From Planctomycetota bacterium (GTDB lineage Bacteria; Planctomycetota; MHYJ01; JACPRB01): 64,000 nt of DNA. The notes beneath the pieces were generated by a model. It was given only the letters and a program-made list of their open reading frames with translations. It did not search any database and had not been told where the DNA came from. Position numbers and translations under genes: made by a program. Location of the stretch: the NCBI GenBank assembly GCA_041482015.1, contig JBGPCZ010000004.1, forward strand, positions 13,027 through 77,026, written 5' to 3'. Positions 28,402 to 37,737 of this stretch are shown here, piece by piece (the first letter of the stretch is position 1; each line of letters starts with the position of its first letter).

Positions 28402-30744
28402 CTACTCGGATCGGGCGGCGATCTTCCGGTAGACTTCGCGCGCGGCCTCGAGCTGCGAGGCGACGTGCTTCCGGACCTCGTCGTTCGGGGCCCGGTCGCG
28501 CCTTTTGAACTGCTCCTCGAGGCGGTCGATCCACGCCAGGAACGCCCCGGCCTCAACCATCGAGCCCGCAGGCTTCCCGCCGACCTCGACGTAGATCGGA
28601 CTCGCGTGGGCCTGGAGGCGTCCCGCGAACGCGCGCACCGAGAGCCAGCCGCTCCTTTTGAGTTCGATCTTCTCGTCGATCGTCCCGCTCAGCTTGTCCG
28701 CCGCAAGCTTCCCCGTCGCGACGACCTCGCCGTTCTGGACGAGCTCGAAGCGATCGATCGGCTCGGGCGACTGCACCGACGCCTTGATGACCTCCGCGCC
28801 GGGGGCCTCGAGCCGGATACTCCTCCCCGACTCGAACTCGAGGATCGGGCCGTTCGTCACGAACGACCGCCCCCACTTGAGCCCGCGGACCCACGCGTCG
28901 TACGAAAACCCGCCCTCGCACTTCACGTAGGCACGGTCCGCGCCCGGCAGTCGGCTCCGGATGCGGTTGAGGAAGCAGTCGGTCCCGGCCGACGCGGGGA
29001 GATGGAACCCGCAGTTCAGCAGCCGGTACCAGAGCGGGACCGTCGCCTCAAAGCTCCCGTTGATGTCGATCGAGTCGATCTTTCCGAGCGCGACGTCGAC
29101 GGGAACCGACTTCGCGGAGTACGCGCTCAGGTACGGGTCCTTCACGTTCTGCGCCGCGTGCGTGTAGTTGACGTGCCCCTTCTGGAGATGGGCCTGGTCG
29201 GCGATGTCGGAGTTCGTCGGCACGTCCCACGGGTTCGTCGTCTCCTTGAACCCGGTCATGATCGGCTCGACCAGCTGTTTGAGGTCGATGAGCGTCATGT
29301 GGCCCCAAAGGGTCGCGCGGAACTCCTCGTTCCAGTAGAGGACGGTCTCCGGCGTCGAGAGCGGGTCGGGGCGGCCGCGGAAGTACTCGCGATCGAAGAT
29401 CCCGTCGGTGTCGGAATTGGCGACCACGAAGTTCGCGACCTCGAGCCCCTCGCCCTCGATCATGAGCCGCATGTCGGCCGGCGAGTTGTACCAGTGGCCG
29501 TAGCCGTAGTTCGCGTGGATGTGGTTCTCGCCGCTGTGCCAGCCGTTCGCCTGCGGATGGGCCCACCGTTTGAATTCGACCTTGAGCGTCACCCGCTCGC
29601 CCGCCGCGACCTCGAACGCCTCGCGCGACACCCGGTACTCGGGGCCGTGCCACGCGCGGAGGGCGTACTTCCCGGCGGGGAGCACGAACTCCGCAGCCCG
29701 GTCCGCATAGAAGTCCATCGCCTCGTGGATCCGGTAGAGCGAGCCCGGAGGTGCGAGGGTCTTCCCGTTCTCCTCCTGGATCGAGACGCGCGCGACGACC
29801 GGCTTCCCGGTCTCCGCGTCCGTGAACTCGACGGCAACGACGCCGGCCGGCCGCCCGAAGTCGAGACCCGTGACGACGATCGTCCTCTCGTCGCCCGTCC
29901 GGAGGTCGCGATCGACAAGCGCAGTCGCCCCTTCGCGGTTGTCCGTGTAGACCAGGCGGGAGTTCACGATCGTGGGCGCATCCTCGTCGCCCTGCCCGAA
30001 CGTGAGCTTGAGCGGGTGGTCCGGGTCCTTGAGGGAAACCGCCCAAAGGGCGTTGTGCGCGCCGCCCAGGTCGCTGACGACGACCAGCCCGTCGCCGCTC
30101 CAGGCGAGATCGAACACGCGCGATGGAAACCGCGCGAGCTTTCTCGGCTCGCCGCCGGTCGCCGCAACGGTCCAGAGATCGGCCTGCGGACCGTCGTTCC
30201 CACCCTGCTCGCCCGGGACGTCGAGGTTCGTCGCGAAGGCGACCGTCGTGCCGTCCGCGGAAAGCGCGTGGACCGGGAGCGACCGCGGCGGATCCAGAAG
30301 GGGCACGGCCTTGCCCGACTCGAGATCAAGCCACGCGAGCGCCGTCGCGGTTCCCGCCCTGAAACTTCCGAGGATCCTCTTTCCCGCCGGGTCGAACTCG
30401 ATCTTCCCCTGCACCGCGGGGTGGGCGGCGGCCGCAACGCCGCTCTCCGCGTCGATCAGCCGGAGCTCGCCGTTCGAGAGGTACGCGATACGCTTCCCGT
30501 CGGGCGACCACGCGGGGTCGGAATCCCAGCGGGCGTCGGACGTCAGCCGCTTCATGACGCCGCCGTCGCGCGGGAGGCGCCAGATCGCCCCCTGGTACGA
30601 GACCGCGACCGTCGAGCCGTCGGGCGAGAGGCGCGGCTGGATCGCCCCGGTCGCTCGCCACGACGCGCCCCGGGGGATGGCGGAGAGGCCGCAGATAGCG
30701 AGGGCAGCGGCAAGGATCGCGATACTGCGCCGGCGGGAAGACAT
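28402..30744 (-). CDS. TolB-like beta-propeller fused to a CehA/McbA-type (PHP-like) metallohydrolase domain
   Basis: PD40-type repeats (SPDGSTVA, SPDGKRIAY, SADGTTVAF), then GENHIHANYGYGHWYN and a His/Asp-rich C-terminal half. Start at 30744 after GGAGG. Confidence 0.6.
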   Translation of the reverse strand: MSSRRRSIAILAAALAICGLSAIPRGASWRATGAIQPRLSPDGSTVAVSYQGAIWRLPRDGGVMKRLTSDARWDSDPAWSPDGKRIAYLSNGELRLIDAESGVAAAAHPAVQGKIEFDPAGKRILGSFRAGTATALAWLDLESGKAVPLLDPPRSLPVHALSADGTTVAFATNLDVPGEQGGNDGPQADLWTVAATGGEPRKLARFPSRVFDLAWSGDGLVVVSDLGGAHNALWAVSLKDPDHPLKLTFGQGDEDAPTIVNSRLVYTDNREGATALVDRDLRTGDERTIVVTGLDFGRPAGVVAVEFTDAETGKPVVARVSIQEENGKTLAPPGSLYRIHEAMDFYADRAAEFVLPAGKYALRAWHGPEYRVSREAFEVAAGERVTLKVEFKRWAHPQANGWHSGENHIHANYGYGHWYNSPADMRLMIEGEGLEVANFVVANSDTDGIFDREYFRGRPDPLSTPETVLYWNEEFRATLWGHMTLIDLKQLVEPIMTGFKETTNPWDVPTNSDIADQAHLQKGHVNYTHAAQNVKDPYLSAYSAKSVPVDVALGKIDSIDINGSFEATVPLWYRLLNCGFHLPASAGTDCFLNRIRSRLPGADRAYVKCEGGFSYDAWVRGLKWGRSFVTNGPILEFESGRSIRLEAPGAEVIKASVQSPEPIDRFELVQNGEVVATGKLAADKLSGTIDEKIELKRSGWLSVRAFAGRLQAHASPIYVEVGGKPAGSMVEAGAFLAWIDRLEEQFKRRDRAPNDEVRKHVASQLEAAREVYRKIAARSE

Positions 30745-30791
30745 GCGCCCCTCCTTCGTACAGTGATATAACAAAGCCGGAGGAACCCCCG

Positions 30792-31865
30792 ATGATGCCG
30801 ATCACGCGCCGCGAGTTCATCGCCGCCACGGGGAGCGCCGCGCTCCTCGCCCGCCCGCCCCAGGACACGCCGCCGCTCCGGCTCGGGATGCTCGGGATGT
30901 GGCACTCCCACGCCGACGGGATCGTCAAGCGGGTCGCCGAGAATCCAAAAGAGTTCGCGCTCGCCGGGTTCCACGACCCCGACGCCGAGGTCGTGGCGCG
31001 CCGCCGCAAGACATGGGAGCCCCTGGTCCCCGGCTTCAAGGTCTTCGAGACGCCCGGGCAGCTTCTCGAACAGAAACTCGACGGCGTCGTCGTCGACGGC
31101 CGCGTCACCGAAAACCTGAAGCACGCGCGGATGGCGCTCGAGAGTGGGCGGCCGGTCATGCTCGAAAAGCCCGCCGGCGACAATCTCGAGGAGCACCGGA
31201 AGCTCGTGGACCTCGCGCGCTCGAAGAAGCTCCACCTCCAGATGGTCTACCTCTTCCGCTACATGTCGGCGGTGCAGGAGATGCTGGCGCGCGCGAAGAA
31301 GGGCGACTTCGGCCGTGTCTACGAGTTCCGGGCGCGGCTTTCAAAGGACTTCCCGTCCTACGCGCGCAACGTCGAGGAGTGCGGCCGCTACAAGGGCGGG
31401 ATCTTTTTCGAGATGGCCGGCCACGCGATCGACATGATGGTGGCGATCCTGGGGAGGCCGAGATCGATCTCACCGTCGCTCGCCCACCACCACACGGGCG
31501 AGCCCGCCGGTTTCATCGACAACGGGGTCACCGTCTTCGGGTTCGAGCGCGGCTGGGGGATCGTCGAGGTGCCGGCCCTGGAGGTCGTGCCGTTCCAGCG
31601 CCGGTTCGAGGTCTACGGGACCGGCGGCGCCTGCATCATCCCGCACCTCGGGAGCGGCCACCTGGCGAACAAGAACATCCAGCCGATCGACGTCTGCGCG
31701 GCGGGCGGCGAGTGGAAGAGAATCGAGCTCCCCGCCGCGACGCTCCAGATTGCCGACCTCAGGGAATTTGCCGCTGTCGTCGCGGGCCGGAAGGCGCCGG
31801 ACTTCGACCTCGACCACGACCTCGCGGTACAGGAGGCGCTGCTCCGGGCCTGCGGGATGGCGTGA
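30792..31865 (+). CDS. Gfo/Idh/MocA family oxidoreductase with TAT signal
   Basis: MMPITRREFIAATGSAALLA twin-arginine signal. PVMLEKPAG motif. Confidence 0.85.
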   Translation: MMPITRREFIAATGSAALLARPPQDTPPLRLGMLGMWHSHADGIVKRVAENPKEFALAGFHDPDAEVVARRRKTWEPLVPGFKVFETPGQLLEQKLDGVVVDGRVTENLKHARMALESGRPVMLEKPAGDNLEEHRKLVDLARSKKLHLQMVYLFRYMSAVQEMLARAKKGDFGRVYEFRARLSKDFPSYARNVEECGRYKGGIFFEMAGHAIDMMVAILGRPRSISPSLAHHHTGEPAGFIDNGVTVFGFERGWGIVEVPALEVVPFQRRFEVYGTGGACIIPHLGSGHLANKNIQPIDVCAAGGEWKRIELPAATLQIADLREFAAVVAGRKAPDFDLDHDLAVQEALLRACGMA

Positions 31866-31942
31866 GATTTCGCGCGCATCGACGTGTAACATAGGGGCGC
31901 CGGCCGGATATACCGGCGCGTCCCCCAACGAAAGGATGACCG

Positions 31943-32836
31943 ATGATCCGCACCGCCCTCGCGTTCGTCCTCGCCGCGGCCGTCGCCGTGGCGTCCCCCG
32001 TCCAGGAGAAGAAGAAGATCGTCTTCGTGGCCGGCGGGCCGAGCCACGGGTACGGCGAGCACGAGCATCTCGGCGGCTGCATGCTGCTGGCAAAGCTCCT
32101 GAACGAGAGCGGCCTGCCCGTCGAGTGCGTCGTCACGAAGGACAACGGATGGCCCAAGGACGCCAAGGTCTTCGACGGCGCGTCCGCCATCGTGATGTAC
32201 TCCGACGGCGGCGGCGGCCACATGGCGAACAAGCACCTGGCCGAGGTCGACCCGCTCGCCAAGAAGGGCTGCGGGATCGGCGCGATCCACTACGCGGTCG
32301 AGACGATCGCGGGCGAACCCGGGACCAAGTTCCTCGACTGGATGGGCGGCTACTTCGAGATCAACTGGTCGGTCAACCCCCACTGGACGGCGAAGTTCGA
32401 GAAGTTCCCCGACCACCCGGTCTGCAAGGGCGTGAAGCCCTTCGAAACGAACGACGAATGGTACTACCACATGCGGTTCCGCGAGGGGATGAAGGGCGTG
32501 ACCCCGGTCCTGACGGCCGTCCCGCCCGACTCGACCCGGAACCGGAAGGACGATTCCCACGGCGGCAACCCCGCCGTCCGCGCCGAGATTGGGAAGAACA
32601 CGGCCGAGCACGTCATGTGGGTGAGCGAGAACGAGGGCGGCGGCCGCGGCTTCGGCTTCACGGGCGGCCACGCCCACTGGAACTGGAAGAACGACGACCA
32701 GCGGAAGCTGATGCTCAACGCGATCGCCTGGATCGCGAAGATCGACGTGCCGGCCGACGGCGTCGCCTCGAAGACCCCGACGCAGGAGGAGCTCGAGGCG
32801 AACCTGAAACCCAAGCCGGTGAAGAAGGACAAGTAA
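31943..32836 (+). CDS. ThuA domain-containing protein, secreted
   Basis: KKIVFVAGGPSHGYGEHEH, DEWYYH and GGHAHWNW motifs typical of ThuA-like class-I glutamine amidotransferase-like proteins. Confidence 0.8.
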   Translation: MIRTALAFVLAAAVAVASPVQEKKKIVFVAGGPSHGYGEHEHLGGCMLLAKLLNESGLPVECVVTKDNGWPKDAKVFDGASAIVMYSDGGGGHMANKHLAEVDPLAKKGCGIGAIHYAVETIAGEPGTKFLDWMGGYFEINWSVNPHWTAKFEKFPDHPVCKGVKPFETNDEWYYHMRFREGMKGVTPVLTAVPPDSTRNRKDDSHGGNPAVRAEIGKNTAEHVMWVSENEGGGRGFGFTGGHAHWNWKNDDQRKLMLNAIAWIAKIDVPADGVASKTPTQEELEANLKPKPVKKDK

Positions 32837-32865
32837 GGCGAATCACGGGAACGGCCGCAACCGGT

Positions 32866-34248
32866 TTACTTGTTCGTGCTGACACCGCCGGTGAAGTCGG
32901 CGAGCATCTTGAGCGACTTGGCCTCGCTCGAGAGGGTGACCGTGTGGATCGCCGGGCGGAGCCAGTGGGAGCGGCGCGCGATCACCCGCGCCACGAGCTC
33001 GTCGTCCACCAGCCGCCCCACCGTCGCCTGGCCGTCGGAGAGAACGATGATCGTGTCGGGCCCGTCCTCGCGCAGGCGGCCGGTCTCGGGCGAGCCCACG
33101 AACGAGATCGCCTTCTCGAGCGCCGCGTAGAGGTCCGTCCCCGCCTCGAAGTTCTGGTGGTCCACGAACGCGAGCGCCTCCTTGCGCGACGCCCGGTCGA
33201 GGACCCGCGTGGGGGTCACCGAGAAGCACGACTGCGTCGCGCCGAAGAAGACCATGTTGATCCGCGCCCCGTCGGGAAGCTCCTCGATCAGCTTCTTGAG
33301 CTCGCGACAGGCGACGTCGTACCGGCCCTGCTGCTTCATGCTCCCCGAGCGGTCGATCACGACGCAGACGCGGCTCGAGACGACCGGGACGCCGTAGAAG
33401 GTCGTGCGGCCCGGCCCCTTGACGTCCTTCCGCTCCTGCGGGCTGTAGCGGCCCGCCGCGAAGTCCTCGCCGTTCGCCTTCCACCAGTCCTTCCAGACCG
33501 CGGGGTCGGACGGCAGCTCCGTCTTCGTCAGCGACCCGAGGTGGCCCACCGCGGTGTTCCGGAGGCGGAGGTCCATGTCGGACAATCCCTGCACGAGCGG
33601 GCCCACCGCCTCGCGCGACTCGCGGAGCGAGTGGACCGCCGCCAGCCGCACCTGCCATTGCGGGTGCGAAAGATACGCGACCCCCTTTTCGCTCGCGATG
33701 GCGCCGAGCCCCGCGGCGATCACCGCGGGCTCCTTCTCCCGGTCGAGCGAGACCAGCACGTCCGCCTTCGCGCCCATCGCCCCGAGCGCCTCGAGGAGCT
33801 CGCACCGCGAGAGCCAGCTCGCCGTCCGCAGCGCCTCGCCCGCGAACACCGGGACGGCCTCGGGCCGGAGCGACGCCATCGTCCGGAGGATCGCGGAGTA
33901 GATCTTCTCGCCGTCGAGCGCCGTCTTGCATGCGTTCTGGATCCGCTCCTTCGCGGTGGTGAGCGCCTTCAGCTTGAGCTTCTCCTCCTCGAGGTTGAAG
34001 GCGAAGGAGGTGTCGATGTTGTCGTAGGCGAGGCGCGACTGGACCGTGGCGAGGAGGAGCTGCGCCTGCCGCTCGCGCAGGCGCGGCAGGTTGACGAGGA
34101 GCGCGCGAGCGGCCCGGGCCCCGTCGCCCGCCTGGAGCTGGGCGAGGGCGATCTCCGCTTCCTGGAGCTTCGTCTCGCGGACCGCCTGCTCGAGCCGGTC
34201 CCTCGGATCCTGCAGTGCCATCAGCGCCGAGAGGAGGAGCGCGCTCAC
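32866..34248 (-). CDS. VWA domain protein with N-terminal HEAT-like region
   Basis: MIDAS motif VVIDRSGSM, then IIVLSDGQ. Confidence 0.75.
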   Translation of the reverse strand: MSALLLSALMALQDPRDRLEQAVRETKLQEAEIALAQLQAGDGARAARALLVNLPRLRERQAQLLLATVQSRLAYDNIDTSFAFNLEEEKLKLKALTTAKERIQNACKTALDGEKIYSAILRTMASLRPEAVPVFAGEALRTASWLSRCELLEALGAMGAKADVLVSLDREKEPAVIAAGLGAIASEKGVAYLSHPQWQVRLAAVHSLRESREAVGPLVQGLSDMDLRLRNTAVGHLGSLTKTELPSDPAVWKDWWKANGEDFAAGRYSPQERKDVKGPGRTTFYGVPVVSSRVCVVIDRSGSMKQQGRYDVACRELKKLIEELPDGARINMVFFGATQSCFSVTPTRVLDRASRKEALAFVDHQNFEAGTDLYAALEKAISFVGSPETGRLREDGPDTIIVLSDGQATVGRLVDDELVARVIARRSHWLRPAIHTVTLSSEAKSLKMLADFTGGVSTNK

Positions 34249-34293
34249 GATGATTTGACGCCCCCCGTGTAGGAAGGTATAGGAGATTCAACC

Positions 34294-35370
34294 ATGATCG
34301 TCGCGAGGTGGATCCTTATGGCGCTCGCCGCCCTGCCGCAGAACGAACCCGAGCGGCGCGCGTTTCCGGAGGTCAAGGCGCCGGCCTTCCCGCTCCCGAC
34401 GTCGTTGGAGGAGTGGACGAAGCGGCGCGAGGCGACGCGGAAAACCCTCTGGACGCTGCTGGGCGACCTGCCCGCGCGTCCCGCCAAGCCGGAGATCACC
34501 ACACTAGATAAACAGGACAAGGGCGACTACCGTCTCGAAAAGCTTGCGATCGACAACGGCGCGGGCGGCAAGATCACGTCGACCGTCCTGATCCCCAAGG
34601 GCCCGGGCCCCTTCCCCGCGATCCTCTACCTCCACTGGCACGCGGGCCAGTACAACCTCGGCAAAGAGGAGCTCTGGCAGGACGTCCCGGGCGGCGGCGG
34701 CGCGAAGCGCGGCGAAGACCTCGTCAAGCGCGGCTACGTCGTCCTCGCGCCCGACGCCTACGCGTTCGGCGAGCGCTCCGGACTCGGCCCCGACGGACCG
34801 AAACAGAAGGGTGGCCAGGAGGAATTGACGCTGTCCAAGACGTTCCTCTGGATGGGCCGCTCCCTGTGGGGGATGATCGTGCGCGACGACCAGATCGCGC
34901 TCGACGTGCTGGCCGCGCGGCCCGAGGTCGACGCGAAGCGGCTCGGCGCGACGGGGATCAGCATGGGATCGACGCGGACGTGGTGGCTGGCCGCGCTCGA
35001 CGACCGCGTGACCGCGTCGGCGGGCATCTGCTGCCTGACGCGCTACCAGGACCTGATCGCCGAAGGAGGGCTCCACGAGCACGGCATCTACTATTTCGTG
35101 CCCGGGATGCTCAAACACTTCGACACGGAGGCGGTGACGAGCCTCATCGCGCCACGGCCGTTCCTGACGCTTTCCGGGGCGGACGACAAGGGCTCGCCCG
35201 CAAAGGGGGTCGAGACGATCAACGCCTTCTGCGCCGGCGTCGCGAAGCTCCACGGGAAGCCGGAGAATTTCCGTGGCGTCCTCTACCCGGGCGTGGCGCA
35301 CGTGTACACGCCCGAGATGTGGCGGGAGATGACGGGCTGGTTCGCGAAGCACCTCGGGGGCAAAGAATAA
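34294..35370 (+). CDS. Alpha/beta hydrolase (acetyl-xylan-esterase / dienelactone-hydrolase-like)
   Basis: Nucleophile elbow GISMGS and a late His (GVAHVY). AGGAG upstream of the ATG. Confidence 0.7.
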   Translation: MIVARWILMALAALPQNEPERRAFPEVKAPAFPLPTSLEEWTKRREATRKTLWTLLGDLPARPAKPEITTLDKQDKGDYRLEKLAIDNGAGGKITSTVLIPKGPGPFPAILYLHWHAGQYNLGKEELWQDVPGGGGAKRGEDLVKRGYVVLAPDAYAFGERSGLGPDGPKQKGGQEELTLSKTFLWMGRSLWGMIVRDDQIALDVLAARPEVDAKRLGATGISMGSTRTWWLAALDDRVTASAGICCLTRYQDLIAEGGLHEHGIYYFVPGMLKHFDTEAVTSLIAPRPFLTLSGADDKGSPAKGVETINAFCAGVAKLHGKPENFRGVLYPGVAHVYTPEMWREMTGWFAKHLGGKE

Positions 35371-35433
35371 AGTCCTTGTTTCCGGCGTTGGGATCGGTAG
35401 AGTGATTGCAACGAACCCACGCTTGGAGGAATC

Positions 35434-35760
35434 GTGAGCAACGTGGCGCAGGTGTCGGAGCAGGCGTTCGACGCGGAAGTCCTGAAGTCGAAGACCCCGG
35501 TGCTGGTGGACTTTTTCACCACGTGGTGCGGGCCGTGCAAGGCGCTCGCCCCGGTGGTGGACGAGATCGCCAAGGACCTGACCGGCAAGCTGAAGGTCGT
35601 GAAGGTCGATCTCGACGAGGCGAACGACCTCGCCGCCACGCTCGGAATCACGTCGGTGCCCACGCTCGTCCTTTTCCAGGACGGCAAGGAGGCGACCCGG
35701 CGGACGGGCTCCGGCCCGAAGCGGGACATCCTCGCTTTCGTCCAGACGGTCGTAAAGTAG
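35434..35760 (+). CDS. trxA: Thioredoxin
   Basis: 108 aa with the WCGPC active site, and VPTLVLFQDG. GTG start preceded by GGAGGA. Confidence 0.9.
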   Translation: MSNVAQVSEQAFDAEVLKSKTPVLVDFFTTWCGPCKALAPVVDEIAKDLTGKLKVVKVDLDEANDLAATLGITSVPTLVLFQDGKEATRRTGSGPKRDILAFVQTVVK

Positions 35761-35852
35761 GAATGGAAGTGGGAATAAACGCCGGGCACCGGCCCGTTTG
35801 AGTCATTGGCTGTTGCGGATGGAATGGATGGAATGAACGAGTGGAGGCGATG

Positions 35853-36497
35853 ATGAGGAAATTCGCGGTGGCGGCGGTGGTCCTGGCGTTCGCCAGTCTC
35901 GCGCTGGCGAGGACCGAGGAGGAGACCGTCGCGGTCAAGGTCACGGTCAAGGGCATGAGCTGCCCCACGGGCTGCGGCGCCAAGGTGGCGAAGAGCCTGC
36001 AGGGGATCGAGGGCGCGAAAGAGGTGAAGCTGGCCGACTTCGAGAAAGGCCTCTTCACCGTCTCGTTCGACGCGAAGACGTCGGTCAAGCCTTCGGTGAT
36101 CGAGAAGGCGATCGGCACGGGCTTCGAAGTGACGAAGGTCGAGGCGACGCTCACGGGGACCGTGGCGCGCGTCGAGAAGGCGCTCGTCCTGACGACCGCG
36201 TCGGGCGCGAAGTACACGCTCGCGAACGCCGGCGACGACAAGTGCTGCGACGAGAAGGCCGACGCCGCGAAGGCCGCGAAGCCGGTCGAGGAGCCCAAGA
36301 AGGCGGAGACGGCCAAGAAGGAAGACGACTGCGAGTGCTGCAACGCGAAGAACGTGGTCGCAAAGATCGAGGGGCTGCTGAAGGAAGGCAAGACCTCGAT
36401 CAAGGCGGCCGGCGTGCTGAGCGAGTGCTGCCAGGGGTCGCTGACCCTGGGCCTCACCTCGGCCGTGGCGGTCGAGGCGAAGAAGGCGACGAACTAA
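35853..36497 (+). CDS. Secreted HMA-like (heavy-metal-associated) protein with CxxxC site and Cys-Cys-rich C-terminal domain
   Basis: Signal peptide. VKVTVKGMSCPTGCGAKV is an HMA fold with C-PTG-C in place of CxxC. C-terminal half carries CC, CECC and CC pairs. The start could be 35850 or 35853. Confidence 0.7.
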   Translation: MRKFAVAAVVLAFASLALARTEEETVAVKVTVKGMSCPTGCGAKVAKSLQGIEGAKEVKLADFEKGLFTVSFDAKTSVKPSVIEKAIGTGFEVTKVEATLTGTVARVEKALVLTTASGAKYTLANAGDDKCCDEKADAAKAAKPVEEPKKAETAKKEDDCECCNAKNVVAKIEGLLKEGKTSIKAAGVLSECCQGSLTLGLTSAVAVEAKKATN

Positions 36498-36515
36498 CTC
36501 GAGAAGGATCTCACA

Positions 36516-36554
36516 ACGGCCCCGGAGGGTGACCTCCGGGGCCGTTTTCTTTTT
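36516..36554 (+). terminator. Rho-independent terminator
   Basis: 13-bp stem ACGGCCCCGGAGG-GTGA-CCTCCGGGGCCGT followed by TTTCTTTTT. Confidence 0.85.
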
Positions 36555-36650
36555 GGAGATCTGTAGAAGCACGTAACGAGCATCTCCGGACTACCATGCG
36601 AAAGCCGCGCGCAAGGCCACAGGAGATGTGGGGACAAGACACGAGACGGG

Positions 36651-37226
36651 TCAGACGTCTCCCGGGGTCGCGGGGAGAGAGGAATCGAAAAGGCGGCGCG
36701 CCCGGGCATGCCAGGCCGCGATCGCCTGGAGGCCGGTGGGAACCGGCGACCCCCACTCGACACGGACGGGCTTGGAACGGATCGGAAAGCCTTCGATGCC
36801 GAATTCGGTCAGCATCGCGCAGCGGTAGGGAGAGTTGAGATGTCGCAGCGCCAGGCCAAGCCCCGATGCCGCCCGCAAGAGGTCGGTCACGTCCTCGTTC
36901 GCAGCGTCCGCCTCCGCGTGAACGAGGGTCGGCTCCAACGAAGGGCGTCGTCGGAGCGTCTCGGCGAGCCGGATCCGCTCCGTGACGGAATCCCATCGGA
37001 TCTTCCGGACCCGCGCGGCACCGTTCCGAAAGTCGACCCCGGGTGGAACGAACAAGGTCCATGTCGACCAGGGGCCGACGGGGGGATAGTACCAGAGACG
37101 GAAGCTGGGAACGAGGCCGGACGGGACGGGCTCGCAGGAGCGTTCCAGCGCCGTGACCGCCCGGCGTTCGACGAGCGCGAACCGCGATTCCACGTCATCC
37201 GGCTCCCGGAAGGGCAGGATTCCCAT
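36651..37226 (-). CDS. Hypothetical protein
   Basis: Balanced amino-acid composition, unlike the overlapping frames. Start placed at Met52 of the listed ORF. No recognisable motif and a weak RBS. Confidence 0.4.
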   Translation of the reverse strand: MGILPFREPDDVESRFALVERRAVTALERSCEPVPSGLVPSFRLWYYPPVGPWSTWTLFVPPGVDFRNGAARVRKIRWDSVTERIRLAETLRRRPSLEPTLVHAEADAANEDVTDLLRAASGLGLALRHLNSPYRCAMLTEFGIEGFPIRSKPVRVEWGSPVPTGLQAIAAWHARARRLFDSSLPATPGDV

Positions 37227-37344
37227 CCGGATGATTTTATCAGGCAACGTCGCCCCTTGCCTGCCTCCGGGAGCGAGTGGATGGAGCGGATGGAATGGAA
37301 GACTACGTGACTCACGGTATACTGGGTGGGCCGAGCGGCCTGGA

Positions 37345-37734
37345 ATGTCGACACCATCCGGCGATCGTCTGGAGATCATCGAAAGGGAGGGCTACCTCGA
37401 GGCCCGCCATCTGGGGACTTACGAGGCCAGCTCCTACAAAGTCCTGATGGAGCGATCGGTGCAGGCGTGCAAGGAACGCACCATTCCACTACTCCTGGTC
37501 GATCTCACGGACCTCGCCGGGTTCTTCCCCTCCACCGTGGATCGCTATGAAATGGGAGCGCTGGGCGCACGCCTGGCCGCCGACCTCGCCAAGGTCGCCA
37601 TCGTCGGGACCCGGGAGCAGATCGAGCGCAAATTCTCAACGCTGGTCGCGCGGAACCGGGGATTGAACATCGACGCCTTCACCGACCGGGAGGAGGCGGT
37701 GCGGTGGCTGCTGGACCCGAAACAGCGCGCGTAG
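37345..37734 (+). CDS. STAS/SpoIIAA-like domain protein
   Basis: 129 aa. The pattern LEIIEREGYLEARHLG...LLLVDLTDL...KVAIVG resembles stand-alone STAS-like domains. The upstream part of the listed ORF was rejected. Confidence 0.5.
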   Translation: MSTPSGDRLEIIEREGYLEARHLGTYEASSYKVLMERSVQACKERTIPLLLVDLTDLAGFFPSTVDRYEMGALGARLAADLAKVAIVGTREQIERKFSTLVARNRGLNIDAFTDREEAVRWLLDPKQRA

Positions 37735-37737
37735 CCC

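Noticed and set aside
35817-35835. GGATGGAAT tandem repeats as a CRISPR array or microsatellite
   Set aside because: There are only two 9-nt units per locus, with no spacers. It is treated as a possible regulatory motif instead.
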